From Candidatus Poribacteria bacterium (GTDB lineage Bacteria > Poribacteria > WGA-4E > PCPOR2b), in the NCBI GenBank assembly GCA_965208325.1, contig OZ242326.1:2240001-2304000 (forward strand): a stretch of DNA of 64,000 nucleotides, written 5' to 3'. The position numbers and the translations under genes are program-made. The notes below the pieces were generated by a model that worked only from the letters and a program-made list of their open reading frames with translations, was not told the origin of the DNA and did not search any database. The stretch's first letter is position 1. Every line of letters starts with the position of its first letter. Shown here in pieces: positions 1-9,215 of the stretch.

Positions 1-1
1 G

Positions 2-1495
2 CGTTTCGCGCTCTCCGCGCGCATAAGTCACTTCAATGAATCTATTGTCTTCCGTTGTGGCGTACATCTCATCGACCGCTTGATTAATCATGTGCTGAAT
101 TGCATTTTCCGGCTTTTGCTCAAACTTCTCTAATTCAGAAGGCGCAATGGGTAAATCCGGGGTCAAGTATTTTGAGAAAATATCCTTCGCACCTTCTGCC
201 GTGGGCCGGTCGATTTTGATTTTGATGTCCAGCCTACCGGGGCGCAAAACGGCGGGATCAAGAAGATCTTGTCGATTACTAGCCCCAATCACAATCACGT
301 CATGCAACCCCTCAACACCGTCAATCTCAGCGAGAAATGTTGGGACAACCGTGGACTCCATGTCGGATGAGATACCCATTCCTCTTGATCTGAATAAAGA
401 ATCCATTTCATCGAAGAAAATGATGACAGGCACACCTTCTTTCGATTTTTCTTTGGCTTTCGAAAACACTTCCCGAATCTTACGTTCAGTCTCTCCTACA
501 TACTTATTTAGAAGTTCTGGACCCTTGACATTTATAAAAAACCCTTTGACATCATCTCGACCTGTATGTTGGCGCACCCGTTCTGCCAGATTGTTAGCAA
601 CAGCTTTGGCAATCAAGGTTTTTCCGCAGCCGGGCGGCCCGTAAAGAAGGATGCCAACCGGTGAAGTTAAACAAAACTCCTTATATTCATCCGGATACAA
701 GTATGGTGTTTCAATTGCATCACGTATGGCTTCAATCTGTGGATTCAAACCGCCAATGTTTGCATACTTGATGTCCGGCACCTCTTCAAGCAATAAATCT
801 TGCACCTCGGCGTTTGGAAGTTTCTCCATGACCATTCCGGTTGTATGATTGAGCAATACAAGATCGCCCGATCGAATCGGCTCTGATTTCAGCAGATCGG
901 AAATCTGAACAACCCGTTCTTCATCAGCACGGAGATTAACGATTATGCGGGTTTCATCAAGCCGCTCCTTTACTTTAACTACCTCGCCATGCTGGTCAAA
1001 ATCTCTAACGGCGACGATGTTCATCACACCGTTGACAATAACTTCTTGGCCCTTTTGAAGTTGCTCAACGTTGATGTCCGGATCGACATTGACTTTCCAT
1101 CTTTTTCCAGAGAGATCGATGTCAACTGTTCCGTCATCGTTGGACTGGAGAAATGCGCCGTAGTTATTTGGGGGAGCGCTTAATTGCTCCACTTTTTCTT
1201 TAAGGTGCTCCAGTTTCTCTTTGGCTTCCTGAAGTGTGCTGGTCAGTTTCCGATTTCGACGATGCGCCTGCATTAATTCGCGCGTCATTTCGTAAAGCCG
1301 GATTTCAACATCGTCAGACGGGACGGCATTTAACCGCCTTCTTAGATTATCGACTTCGCTTTCCAGAGATTCGACAGTGAACTGCAATTCACGAATGCGT
1401 GTTTCATACGAAACCCGTTCCGATGAAGAAGGTGTCAGATCCAATGTTTCCTGAATGTCTTCACGTTTTGTGGAACCTCTTTTTTTGGTAGCCAT
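2..1495 (-). CDS. arc: Proteasome-associated AAA+ ATPase (Arc/Mpa), 3' end runs off the window
   Basis: Manual minus-strand translation from ATG 1495 (absent from the ORF track because no stop lies in the window): coiled coil, then LSAPPNNYG, LLLEEVPDIKYANIGGL, Walker A GILLYGPPGCGKT, NVKGPELLNKYVGETER, Walker B IIFFDEMDSLFRSRG, ASNRQDLLDPAVLRPGRLDIKIKIDRP, FIEVTYARGERET. Confidence 0.93.
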   Translation of the reverse strand, partial: MATKKRGSTKREDIQETLDLTPSSSERVSYETRIRELQFTVESLESEVDNLRRRLNAVPSDDVEIRLYEMTRELMQAHRRNRKLTSTLQEAKEKLEHLKEKVEQLSAPPNNYGAFLQSNDDGTVDIDLSGKRWKVNVDPDINVEQLQKGQEVIVNGVMNIVAVRDFDQHGEVVKVKERLDETRIIVNLRADEERVVQISDLLKSEPIRSGDLVLLNHTTGMVMEKLPNAEVQDLLLEEVPDIKYANIGGLNPQIEAIRDAIETPYLYPDEYKEFCLTSPVGILLYGPPGCGKTLIAKAVANNLAERVRQHTGRDDVKGFFINVKGPELLNKYVGETERKIREVFSKAKEKSKEGVPVIIFFDEMDSLFRSRGMGISSDMESTVVPTFLAEIDGVEGLHDVIVIGASNRQDLLDPAVLRPGRLDIKIKIDRPTAEGAKDIFSKYLTPDLPIAPSELEKFEQKPENAIQHMINQAVDEMYATTEDNRFIEVTYARGERET

Positions 1496-2176
1496 AGTTT
1501 TACCCAACCTAATTTTTTAAATTGCGATTTGACTCATTATCAAAAATCAACTGATAGTACGTAGGAATGCAGCGATCGATTACAACTCTAGCAAGTAAAA
1601 TTGATACTCGTTATCTGAAATCGTGCATTTGACTGTCGAGCTGGAAGGAGGGAAATTAGATTGGAAGGGGTTACATTCCGTCGGCTGGGTGCACCTGTGC
1701 GGGATTGCCCGCTCAATGCAAATTTGTTTTTCAGGTAAGGATATATATCGGCAATGCCTCGTAAAAATTCGACTTGCACCGGATAGCCGCTTTGGCTGCC
1801 GCAACCGTAACCAACGTAAGACTGAGCATTGCCAGTATTAGCGCATTGAAGACACTGATCACCGAATTGCTGAAGTTCGGGTGTTGTCCCACTGCATTCC
1901 GCATCATTTTGAAAATCCGCTGCTTTTGCATAGAACATATCAGCTATTTCCGACTCATCTGCTTATAGGCGCTTTATCAATGCACGTGACGAGAAACGCG
2001 ACTTAAACTCGAAAATCTTAAGTAGCCAGAAACTACCCAATGGCCTTCACAATTCAAATGCATCGTACTATGCGTAACCGCCCAGTTACGCCAGGTTTAG
2101 TATTGAAACCGTGTAGCATTTCCCGATGGAAAAGCAACTAAAAATAGTCGTCATTTTGGACGCTACAAGCGGTTAG

Positions 2177-2205
2177 ATTATAGCATTCGCCTATAATCGT
2201 GTCAA
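2177..2205 (-). promoter_or_regulatory. sigma70-type promoter facing arc
   Basis: Minus strand TTGACA-N17-TATAAT, perfect consensus with extended -10 TG. Confidence 0.7.
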
Positions 2206-2419
2206 GGAAAATATCCGAAACTGGCAGGGCTCGCGCCGTTCAGTTACAAGCACAGAAACCTTTCGGCGAGCGAGCCATGGCGCTGATTTCAAGATTGCCC
2301 ATTCTCGTTGTTATTGCTAATGCGCATTATATTGATTTTCCGCTGGAAATTGGTGCGCCGCCGCGACTGCGACAAATCCCGGCACTGCAGTTTCACTTTA
2401 CTTAGATGCAACCGGACTC

Positions 2420-3475
2420 CTATTCCTCAACGGATTCTCGGGCATCAACATCGTCCCCAACAGAGGCGGTGCCTGGCGGGCTATGAACTCCTAATTTTTC
2501 TCGAATTTTGGTTTCGATTTCAGCGGAAATTTCGGTGTGTTCTTCTAGGTAAAGCTTGGCGTTGTTCCTACCTTGACCAAGCCTATCGCCTCCATAGGCA
2601 AACCATGCGCCGCTCTTTTCAATGATGCCTTCATCTACACCGACATCAAGAATACCGCCTTCTTTCGAGATGCCGTCTCCAAAAGTCAAATCAAACTCAG
2701 CTTGCCGAAATGGCGGCGCCACCTTGTTTTTGGCAATCTTGACGCGTACTCGGTTGCCAATGGCTTCATTTCCTTCTTTCAGGCTCTCGACCCGCCGCAT
2801 TTCAAGTCGCACAGAGGCATGAAATTTGAGCGCTAATCCGCCAGGCGTAGTTTCCGGGTTGCCAAACATAACGCCTATCTTCTGACGAATCTGGTTTGTA
2901 AAAACAACACAGGTCTTTGACCGATTTGTAATACCGCTGAGTTTACGCAGCGCTTTGGACATTAAACGCGGCAATAAGCCCACATGCGCGTCACCCATAT
3001 CCCCCTCAATTTCCGCTTGAGGTGTCAACGCCGCCACCGAATCAATCACAACGATGTCAATTGCCCCGCTGCGAATAAGGGTTTCCACAATTTCCAACGC
3101 TTGTTCGCCGGTGTCCGGCTGAGAAATGAGCAGCTCATCCATATCTACACCGATGCGTTTTGAATAATTGGGGTCTAGTGCGTGTTCAACATCTACAAAT
3201 GCCGCAACCCCTCGTTGTTTTTGTGCTTCAGCCACAACATGCAGCGCAAGCGTTGTTTTTCCGCTCGATTCGTGGCCGAAAATTTCGACGATGCGCCCGC
3301 GGGGCACGCCACCTACACCGAGCGCAATGTCTAGTGCAAGCGAACCTGTAGGAATAGATTCGACCGGAACAATTTCAGTACTGTTAAAGCGCATTATCGC
3401 GCCTTTACCGTGTTGCCGCTCAATTTGTGTTATTGCAAGATCGATGGTATGGTTCTTTTCATCTCTTGTCATCAT
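2420..3475 (-). CDS. recA: Recombinase A
   Basis: [73 protein letters not shown]. Confidence 0.98.
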   Translation of the reverse strand: MMTRDEKNHTIDLAITQIERQHGKGAIMRFNSTEIVPVESIPTGSLALDIALGVGGVPRGRIVEIFGHESSGKTTLALHVVAEAQKQRGVAAFVDVEHALDPNYSKRIGVDMDELLISQPDTGEQALEIVETLIRSGAIDIVVIDSVAALTPQAEIEGDMGDAHVGLLPRLMSKALRKLSGITNRSKTCVVFTNQIRQKIGVMFGNPETTPGGLALKFHASVRLEMRRVESLKEGNEAIGNRVRVKIAKNKVAPPFRQAEFDLTFGDGISKEGGILDVGVDEGIIEKSGAWFAYGGDRLGQGRNNAKLYLEEHTEISAEIETKIREKLGVHSPPGTASVGDDVDARESVEE

Positions 3476-4062
3476 CAAACCTCCATATTCAATCTACACG
3501 ATTTTAAGCGGGTGTAGACCGCCCCTGTCAATTGCAGTTGGCTCCGCACAAGTGTAATCTCCTCGACCGTCATTGAGGCGCCGTCAATTTTCTCATATTG
3601 CTGAAACGCATCGGTGAACGGTCGCAAATCCATCCGCTTCTTAATTCTGGCGATTGTCAAATGAGGGCTTGCTGCTCTTTCATCGCGCGGAAATCCACAT
3701 CGATCTAGTTCAAGGTTGATTTCTTTGGCTAACTCACTTATGTCGGCACTCCCATCTTTAACACCGCACCAAACCACCCTTGGGCGTTTTAGATTCGGAA
3801 ATGCGCCAATCCCTCCAACCCGCATCGTAAATGGGAAATGCCCCATCGCTACCTTCTGGATGGCAGCTTCAATCGTACCGAGCTGGGTGTGTTCAACCTC
3901 TCCCAAGAATTTTAATGTAAGGTGAAAATCTTTCGGGATAACCCATGACGCATGGCGAATACGTTTTCTGAGTATATCTTGAATTTGTGCCAACTTGTCT
4001 TGAATTGTGGACGGGATTTCGATTGCTACGAAACAACGAATTCGCTGCGATGTGTTTTGCAT
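3475..4062 (-). CDS. thpR: RNA 2',3'-cyclic phosphodiesterase (2H phosphoesterase)
   Basis: RCFVAI start, two HxT motifs ([15 protein letters not shown]), usual position upstream of recA; ATG 4062 has an AGGGG RBS (ORF track starts at 4086). Confidence 0.92.
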   Translation of the reverse strand: MQNTSQRIRCFVAIEIPSTIQDKLAQIQDILRKRIRHASWVIPKDFHLTLKFLGEVEHTQLGTIEAAIQKVAMGHFPFTMRVGGIGAFPNLKRPRVVWCGVKDGSADISELAKEINLELDRCGFPRDERAASPHLTIARIKKRMDLRPFTDAFQQYEKIDGASMTVEEITLVRSQLQLTGAVYTRLKSCRLNMEV

Positions 4063-4135
4063 ACCCCTAATACTGAATAAATACAATCACCAATGTCACG
4101 GTTTGACGTTGACACTTACGCTTGATACGATCGAT

Positions 4136-4762
4136 TTAGAGATCGTCGCCGGTGTATATATCCGCCGACCGCATCAAGTCGTACATCGCCTTGCGGTTAT
4201 TATACAGAAATTCCAAACCAGACACCACTGTTAAAATGAGCGGAATGTACATCATAAAATAGATTGGCCCGAACGGGTGAACGATAATGTTTGCGGGAAG
4301 CACTCGCAATCCTCCAAATTCATAGATAACAAGCAATGCCAAACTTATGGTAAGGACAACCATTTGTGAAGATGTCTTATATTTCCCCCACTTGGCTGAT
4401 GCGACGACAGTCCCCTGCGTTGCAATGAATGCAATCCGTAACCCCGTAACAACAAATTCACGCCCTATAATGGTAATAACCATCCAGCCTGGAATTAGTC
4501 CTTCTCCGAACCGGGTTAGACAAATTAACGCCGCGCCAACAAGGAGTTTATCCGCGAGTGGATCGATGAATTTTCCAAAACTAGTGGTACCTTGCTTCCG
4601 AGCGATTCGTCCATCGAAGAAATCCGTGAGCGAGGATACCGCAAATATGATTAGCGCTGCAAGCAAACGTTGGTAGCGAAAAGAGAGCATCAAAAGCGGT
4701 ACCATGACGATGCGTGAAATCGTTAGGTAATTCGCCAAGCGCATGAGGTTGTGAATATTCAT
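4136..4762 (-). CDS. pgsA: CDP-diacylglycerol--glycerol-3-phosphate 3-phosphatidyltransferase
   Basis: NYLTISR, TDFFDGRIARK, FGKFIDPLADK, GREFVVTGLR CDP-alcohol phosphotransferase motifs. Confidence 0.9.
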   Translation of the reverse strand: MNIHNLMRLANYLTISRIVMVPLLMLSFRYQRLLAALIIFAVSSLTDFFDGRIARKQGTTSFGKFIDPLADKLLVGAALICLTRFGEGLIPGWMVITIIGREFVVTGLRIAFIATQGTVVASAKWGKYKTSSQMVVLTISLALLVIYEFGGLRVLPANIIVHPFGPIYFMMYIPLILTVVSGLEFLYNNRKAMYDLMRSADIYTGDDL

Positions 4763-4795
4763 AGTTATACTGTTGTGCTACGTGAGAGGTGCGAT

Positions 4796-5512
4796 TCACT
4801 CGTCGGATGAAAGGTCAATAATTTCGACATCGTCGGGAATAACAAATCTAAAGGCATCGGCCGCAATTTCCTCATCGCGCCGAACTTTTTTCAACGAAAC
4901 TACGACACTAAGGGTACTCCCATCTTCTCTCTCGGATCTATAACCAAACTGCACCGGCAACCAATCACTCGATTGCACCCAAACCTCCAAGATTTCGCGC
5001 GCATGCTGGATTCCATCCGCCGGTTGAGACAACAAATGCGGCTTAGGCGACAATTCAATCTGGTAGACGCCCTTCTTATTGGCGATGGAATCTGGAACTA
5101 GCCGCATATCATAATTCTCTTGAACGTCATCCAATGATGACCCGATTCCCGGCAATAACTCGTTGCGATTCGAGTTGTTCCACCGCATCTTATTGACCTG
5201 ATTCAGCATCGGCGTATAAGACCAAGAATAATCGCCATCTAGGATGATTAACTGTACGGTTTGGCTAGAATCCTCGCGGCTCAAATACTCCTTGCGCAAC
5301 AAGTTAGGCTTACTAAATGCCAGTTTGCCGCCAGCAATGCTTTTATTGCCATCTTGAAGCGTCGTCTCCTCAAACTCAGCGCTAAAGTTCTTGGATGTGT
5401 CATAAGCTGCTTTAAACTTGTGGAAAATCTCATCGACTGTATAAGCAAATCCCCACTGCCCGCCAGCGATCAAAAAGAATGTCAGTAGTTTCCCATACCA
5501 GAGCAGTTTCAT
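4796..5512 (-). CDS. lolA: Outer-membrane lipoprotein carrier protein LolA family
   Basis: Signal peptide, FSAEFEET, GKLAFSKPNLLR, DGDYSWSYTP, C-terminal FRFVIPDDVEII; ATG 5512 preferred because the longer start lies inside the promoter. Confidence 0.75.
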   Translation of the reverse strand: MKLLWYGKLLTFFLIAGGQWGFAYTVDEIFHKFKAAYDTSKNFSAEFEETTLQDGNKSIAGGKLAFSKPNLLRKEYLSREDSSQTVQLIILDGDYSWSYTPMLNQVNKMRWNNSNRNELLPGIGSSLDDVQENYDMRLVPDSIANKKGVYQIELSPKPHLLSQPADGIQHAREILEVWVQSSDWLPVQFGYRSEREDGSTLSVVVSLKKVRRDEEIAADAFRFVIPDDVEIIDLSSDE

Positions 5513-5553
5513 TGACCTTTTCCCCCGGATTTCAATTCTGGATTCACGATTGC

Positions 5554-5582
5554 AGTATAGCACCCGCGCCCCTAATTGTCAA
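5554..5582 (-). promoter_or_regulatory. sigma70-type promoter of the lolA-pgsA-thpR-recA operon
   Basis: Minus strand TTGACA-N17-TATACT with extended -10 TG. Confidence 0.65.
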
Positions 5583-5603
5583 CGCAGTTTTTGAAGTCTA
5601 TCA

Positions 5604-5836
5604 CTAGGGCGTGTTGACATTTGTGTGAATCCCTCCGTAACCGTAGGGGATCAACCGAGTGAATAGCGAGGGCGATAGTGTTTATCAGGTCACCGCGCCC
5701 ACAGATCGACCGCTGCTAGGAAACTCCCAACCATACAGATATGATTGGGAACAGAGGGTTGGGAAACTACGAATGTTCGTGGGGTTGTGCACTGCCCATG
5801 ATTGTCGAGTTGTGATTGAATGTCAACAGTAACTAG
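5604..5836. mobile_element. MITE-like non-autonomous element
   Basis: Ends CTAGggcgTGTTGACATT and AATGTCAACAgtaaCTAG form an imperfect inverted repeat (14/18) with CTAG at both ends; no convincing ORF inside. Confidence 0.5.
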
Positions 5837-6340
5837 CTTAAAATTAGACCTTGAAGTGTATTCGCAGTTTGATAAACATAACAAGCTACTCGGTTGACTT
5901 TCACTGTTCATAACTGCAATTGTTCTTCAATTTGACTTGACGGAATCAATGTGCCGCCGGATTGAAATAACGCGCTCATTTACACCGGGGCTGCAGTTTT
6001 TGTTCCACATTTACGTGACTATTATGGCTGCCTCACTTCGCAGCCAAGGTTTTTAGCTTCACGGCGTGCGGTTCATTTCGATTGGCAACTTGAAAGCGGG
6101 CGGTAAAATGCGAGGTAAGCGGCATTGCTATCCAAGGAATTAACGCTCCGGATTTGGTATGCTTACTGTTAGACATGCTCGATCAGAACCCAACCTAATG
6201 ACAACGTTTGGCAAAAAATTAATCGTTTTACTTTTTGAAACCGTTTCATAAGAGATGCGTTTGGTAAGGATAGAAATAATCCAAAAAAATCTGGGATTCG
6301 TATTAAATCTCTCTAATCCATCACGAGGAAACCATTTCAA

Positions 6341-7357
6341 ATGCCAAAACATTATACTTATCTAGTCTCTTGCGTCCGGGAAACTTCGATCGAATGGGGA
6401 ATTGAACTTCAATCCCTCGGCGATGCAGTGCCGCCAAAGGTCGTAAGATTGCCGCACCTGACTCGAGCGCTAACGGATACGCCATATTTTCAATCAAAAA
6501 GTAACCCGATAGCTTATCTTAAGCAGCTAATAAAAGGCATGACGGATATGCTGCGTGATTACCACACACGTGTTTTCAGAAAGATTCAGATTAGGCTGGA
6601 AGAGTTACAGGTTGGCGAACGATGCTATGTCCAAGTTGCTTACACAGATAATGGTGCGGAAATTAAACCCCACAATTACGAAATCCAGCTTCTTGAGAAC
6701 TCGCCGCTTGAGTCGCCAGACGCAAATCCCGATGGGCCAACTGCATTCTCTCCTACACTGAATGCGGACAATCTTTCTGGTCATCAGGGCGAAGAGGCCG
6801 TCCTGAATTGGCAAAACTCAACTAAACCAAGTGCGGAGAATCAAAGTAAATCTTCCGTTGGTAATTCAACTGAGGTGGTTAAACAGATTACGCGGTTGCA
6901 TGAGAGAGTTAGGAAGCTTCAATCTGAAATGGACCTGATGAAGGAGAGACTGGACGAAGGGCGGCGCTTGTCAGAAAGAATTTTGAGTGACAGAGATTTT
7001 CTTGCATCTAGAAAGGCAGAGGTCGCTGGCCAACCCAATGCACCGCGAATTGGGAGCAAACGGGTTTATATGCGTCCAAACGGTGGAAAAGATTCGCAGA
7101 AAAAGGATAGCATTATGCTCAATCAGGATGAAAGTACCGCTATCCAATACATCATGGACCAGAAGAAAATCACTGAATCTCAGTTGAGGAAGCAATACCA
7201 CATTGGTAATGCTTCTGAAGTTATGGCGAGCTTGATTGACAAGATGGAACAGTACAATTCACCCTGCATTGATGTCCAGACGGATGAGAATGGTAAGTTG
7301 GTTTATCATTGGAATCAGCCGGATGATGGTGCGATGGCGGCGTCAAATCCTTCTTGA
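6341..7357 (+). CDS. Hypothetical protein with central coiled coil and possible C-terminal winged helix
   Basis: 338-aa ORF with GAGG RBS; heptad segment VVKQITRLHERVRKLQSEMDLMKERL; family not recognised. Confidence 0.6.
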   Translation: MPKHYTYLVSCVRETSIEWGIELQSLGDAVPPKVVRLPHLTRALTDTPYFQSKSNPIAYLKQLIKGMTDMLRDYHTRVFRKIQIRLEELQVGERCYVQVAYTDNGAEIKPHNYEIQLLENSPLESPDANPDGPTAFSPTLNADNLSGHQGEEAVLNWQNSTKPSAENQSKSSVGNSTEVVKQITRLHERVRKLQSEMDLMKERLDEGRRLSERILSDRDFLASRKAEVAGQPNAPRIGSKRVYMRPNGGKDSQKKDSIMLNQDESTAIQYIMDQKKITESQLRKQYHIGNASEVMASLIDKMEQYNSPCIDVQTDENGKLVYHWNQPDDGAMAASNPS

Positions 7358-7448
7358 TGGGCAGGTTCGTACCTTGAATGCATCGCAGTCAAGCCTAACC
7401 ACAGTTCATTGCTGATTTTCAATCCGCTGTGCACGCTTCCGGATTTTA

Positions 7449-7781
7449 TCATTCAGGCGGTGCGTCAATCTCCATGTCGAGCAGAATGGCGCTAAACCCT
7501 TTGCCGTGCCCGTCAATCATCAGAGAACGTGACACCCCACCACCAAGCGCATGACGTACAACGAAGTTTAACGCGCCAATTTTCGGTAGTTCGTAGCGCT
7601 CTATTTGCCCGTGCGGTATGCCGCTGAGATAATCATCTACAGCTTCCGCCGTTACGTGTTCCTTCATCCACTCGTAGTTTGTTTGGTCGTAGACTATCAG
7701 CCCGATATTTACGGTATCCGCCTTGTCGCCCGATCGCGAGTGGCAAATCTGCCTAAGCTTGATTCGATTAGCCATTGTCAT
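7449..7781 (-). CDS. AtuA-related small ferredoxin-fold protein
   Basis: HSRSGDKAD, RYELP, ALGGGVSRSLMIDGHGK; directly downstream of the AtuA-family gene. Confidence 0.85.
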   Translation of the reverse strand: MTMANRIKLRQICHSRSGDKADTVNIGLIVYDQTNYEWMKEHVTAEAVDDYLSGIPHGQIERYELPKIGALNFVVRHALGGGVSRSLMIDGHGKGFSAILLDMEIDAPPE

Positions 7782-7788
7782 TCTCCCT

Positions 7789-9156
7789 TTACTCTACAAC
7801 GTATTCTAGTACGTTAAATTGGACGGTTTCACGGGGTAACAGCGTGGTATAAAGCCCGATGACTTCCTCTGGCCCCGCTTGGTAATCGAGCCGCAGTCCC
7901 TGGCTTACACCCGCCGGCCCATTTAGCGCGAGAGACTCAACATCATGCAACACTTCCCACGCCTGATCTTGAGTGTCGAAATAACCGCTCACTCTCAGTT
8001 CCACTTCTTTCACTGCGGACAAATCTACATCAGACCATGGAAAGAGTGCGTTAACACCAACAAAATCGAACCGCAATGCAGCGCTATCAATGCCGTGGAC
8101 GCGGGTTGCCCGCTTGGCAATCGTATCGGCGGCTAACCGCGCTCTGGCATACGCCCCGGTTCCGCCATAGTACGCCCGGCTAACTGCCACAAAGTTCTCG
8201 CGTACACCGAGCAGCACTTTTACTGTTGATGGTCGAGGATGCCCTTTCGTTCCGGTTACGCTGACTCGATCGGTGCCAACTTGCTTAATCTCCGTGCTGG
8301 TGAAATCGACCACGCCATCGTTATGAATGTAGTTGCTTGGATCATGGAGTTCGTAAAGGAGTTGCTCTTTGACGGTCCGCTCGGATACTACCCCGCCTGT
8401 ATTTGGAACCTTGGTGATAATCGCGTCTCCGTTTGAGTACACCTCAGCGATAGGCATTCCAATGTTGTCCAAACCCGATACATCCTTCATTCCGGGATCT
8501 GCATGATATCCGCCCGAGAGCTGTGCACCGCACTCCATCAGGTGTCCAATGCCTAGCCCGCTCGCCAGCAAATCCCAGTCATCCATCTGCCAGTCCAATT
8601 CAAATATCAAAGGCGCAAGAAATTGAGTGGAATCACCGGCTCTGCTAGTAATCACAATATCCGCGCCGCGCCGCAGCCCTTCAACAATCAGGGGTGCACC
8701 CTGGTAAGCGATAGCGGCTACCAGCCTATCCCCGAAAGTGGAGACCGGCTCGCCCGTCTCGGAGGTTACCGGATCTATTTCATTGATAAGCGCGGCGCTG
8801 CTATCCGGCTGCGTATAGGCGACTTTGATACCTTTAATGTTCAATTCCTCGCAGATTTTGGCTGTTAAATTAACTGCACCTTTTACATCTGCGCTCCCAC
8901 CATTATGGATGATTTTAACACCATTCTTGATGCATGCCGGAAGTACAGTTCGCAAGGTTCTACCAAGCGTGACATCGTATCCGACATCGCCCTTTGCCTT
9001 TCGCAGTGCGGATTCGGAATAGGCTTTTTCCGATTGAGCGTCAAAAATTAGATAATCAATCCCGCCATTCTCCGCGAGATTGAGTGCGGCGTCTATGCGG
9101 TCGCCGCCGGCGCCGGATCCGCTTCCCAGCCGAATTGATGATTTTCGTGTATTTAT
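7789..9156 (-). CDS. Acyclic terpene utilization AtuA family (DUF1446) protein
   Basis: IRLGSGSG, GADIVITSR, GHLMECGAQLSGG, TVKEQLLYE, NGPAG; start uncertain (ATA 9156 after a GAGGAGG RBS, or GTG 9228). Confidence 0.88.
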   Translation of the reverse strand: MNTRKSSIRLGSGSGAGGDRIDAALNLAENGGIDYLIFDAQSEKAYSESALRKAKGDVGYDVTLGRTLRTVLPACIKNGVKIIHNGGSADVKGAVNLTAKICEELNIKGIKVAYTQPDSSAALINEIDPVTSETGEPVSTFGDRLVAAIAYQGAPLIVEGLRRGADIVITSRAGDSTQFLAPLIFELDWQMDDWDLLASGLGIGHLMECGAQLSGGYHADPGMKDVSGLDNIGMPIAEVYSNGDAIITKVPNTGGVVSERTVKEQLLYELHDPSNYIHNDGVVDFTSTEIKQVGTDRVSVTGTKGHPRPSTVKVLLGVRENFVAVSRAYYGGTGAYARARLAADTIAKRATRVHGIDSAALRFDFVGVNALFPWSDVDLSAVKEVELRVSGYFDTQDQAWEVLHDVESLALNGPAGVSQGLRLDYQAGPEEVIGLYTTLLPRETVQFNVLEYVVE

Positions 9157-9215
9157 TGTCTTACCCTCCTCAGCAGCGTTAATTTTGTAGACCGAAACTA
9201 TTCGGCAAGTTATCT

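Noticed and set aside
1588..1938. 116-aa ORF as Pup/UBact or other real gene
   Set aside because: No GGE/GGQ-type C-terminus, no clear RBS, no recognisable motif
2228..2276. GC-rich imperfect stem after recA as riboswitch or SRP RNA
   Set aside because: No consensus motif of a known RNA family recognised; may be only a terminator-like hairpin
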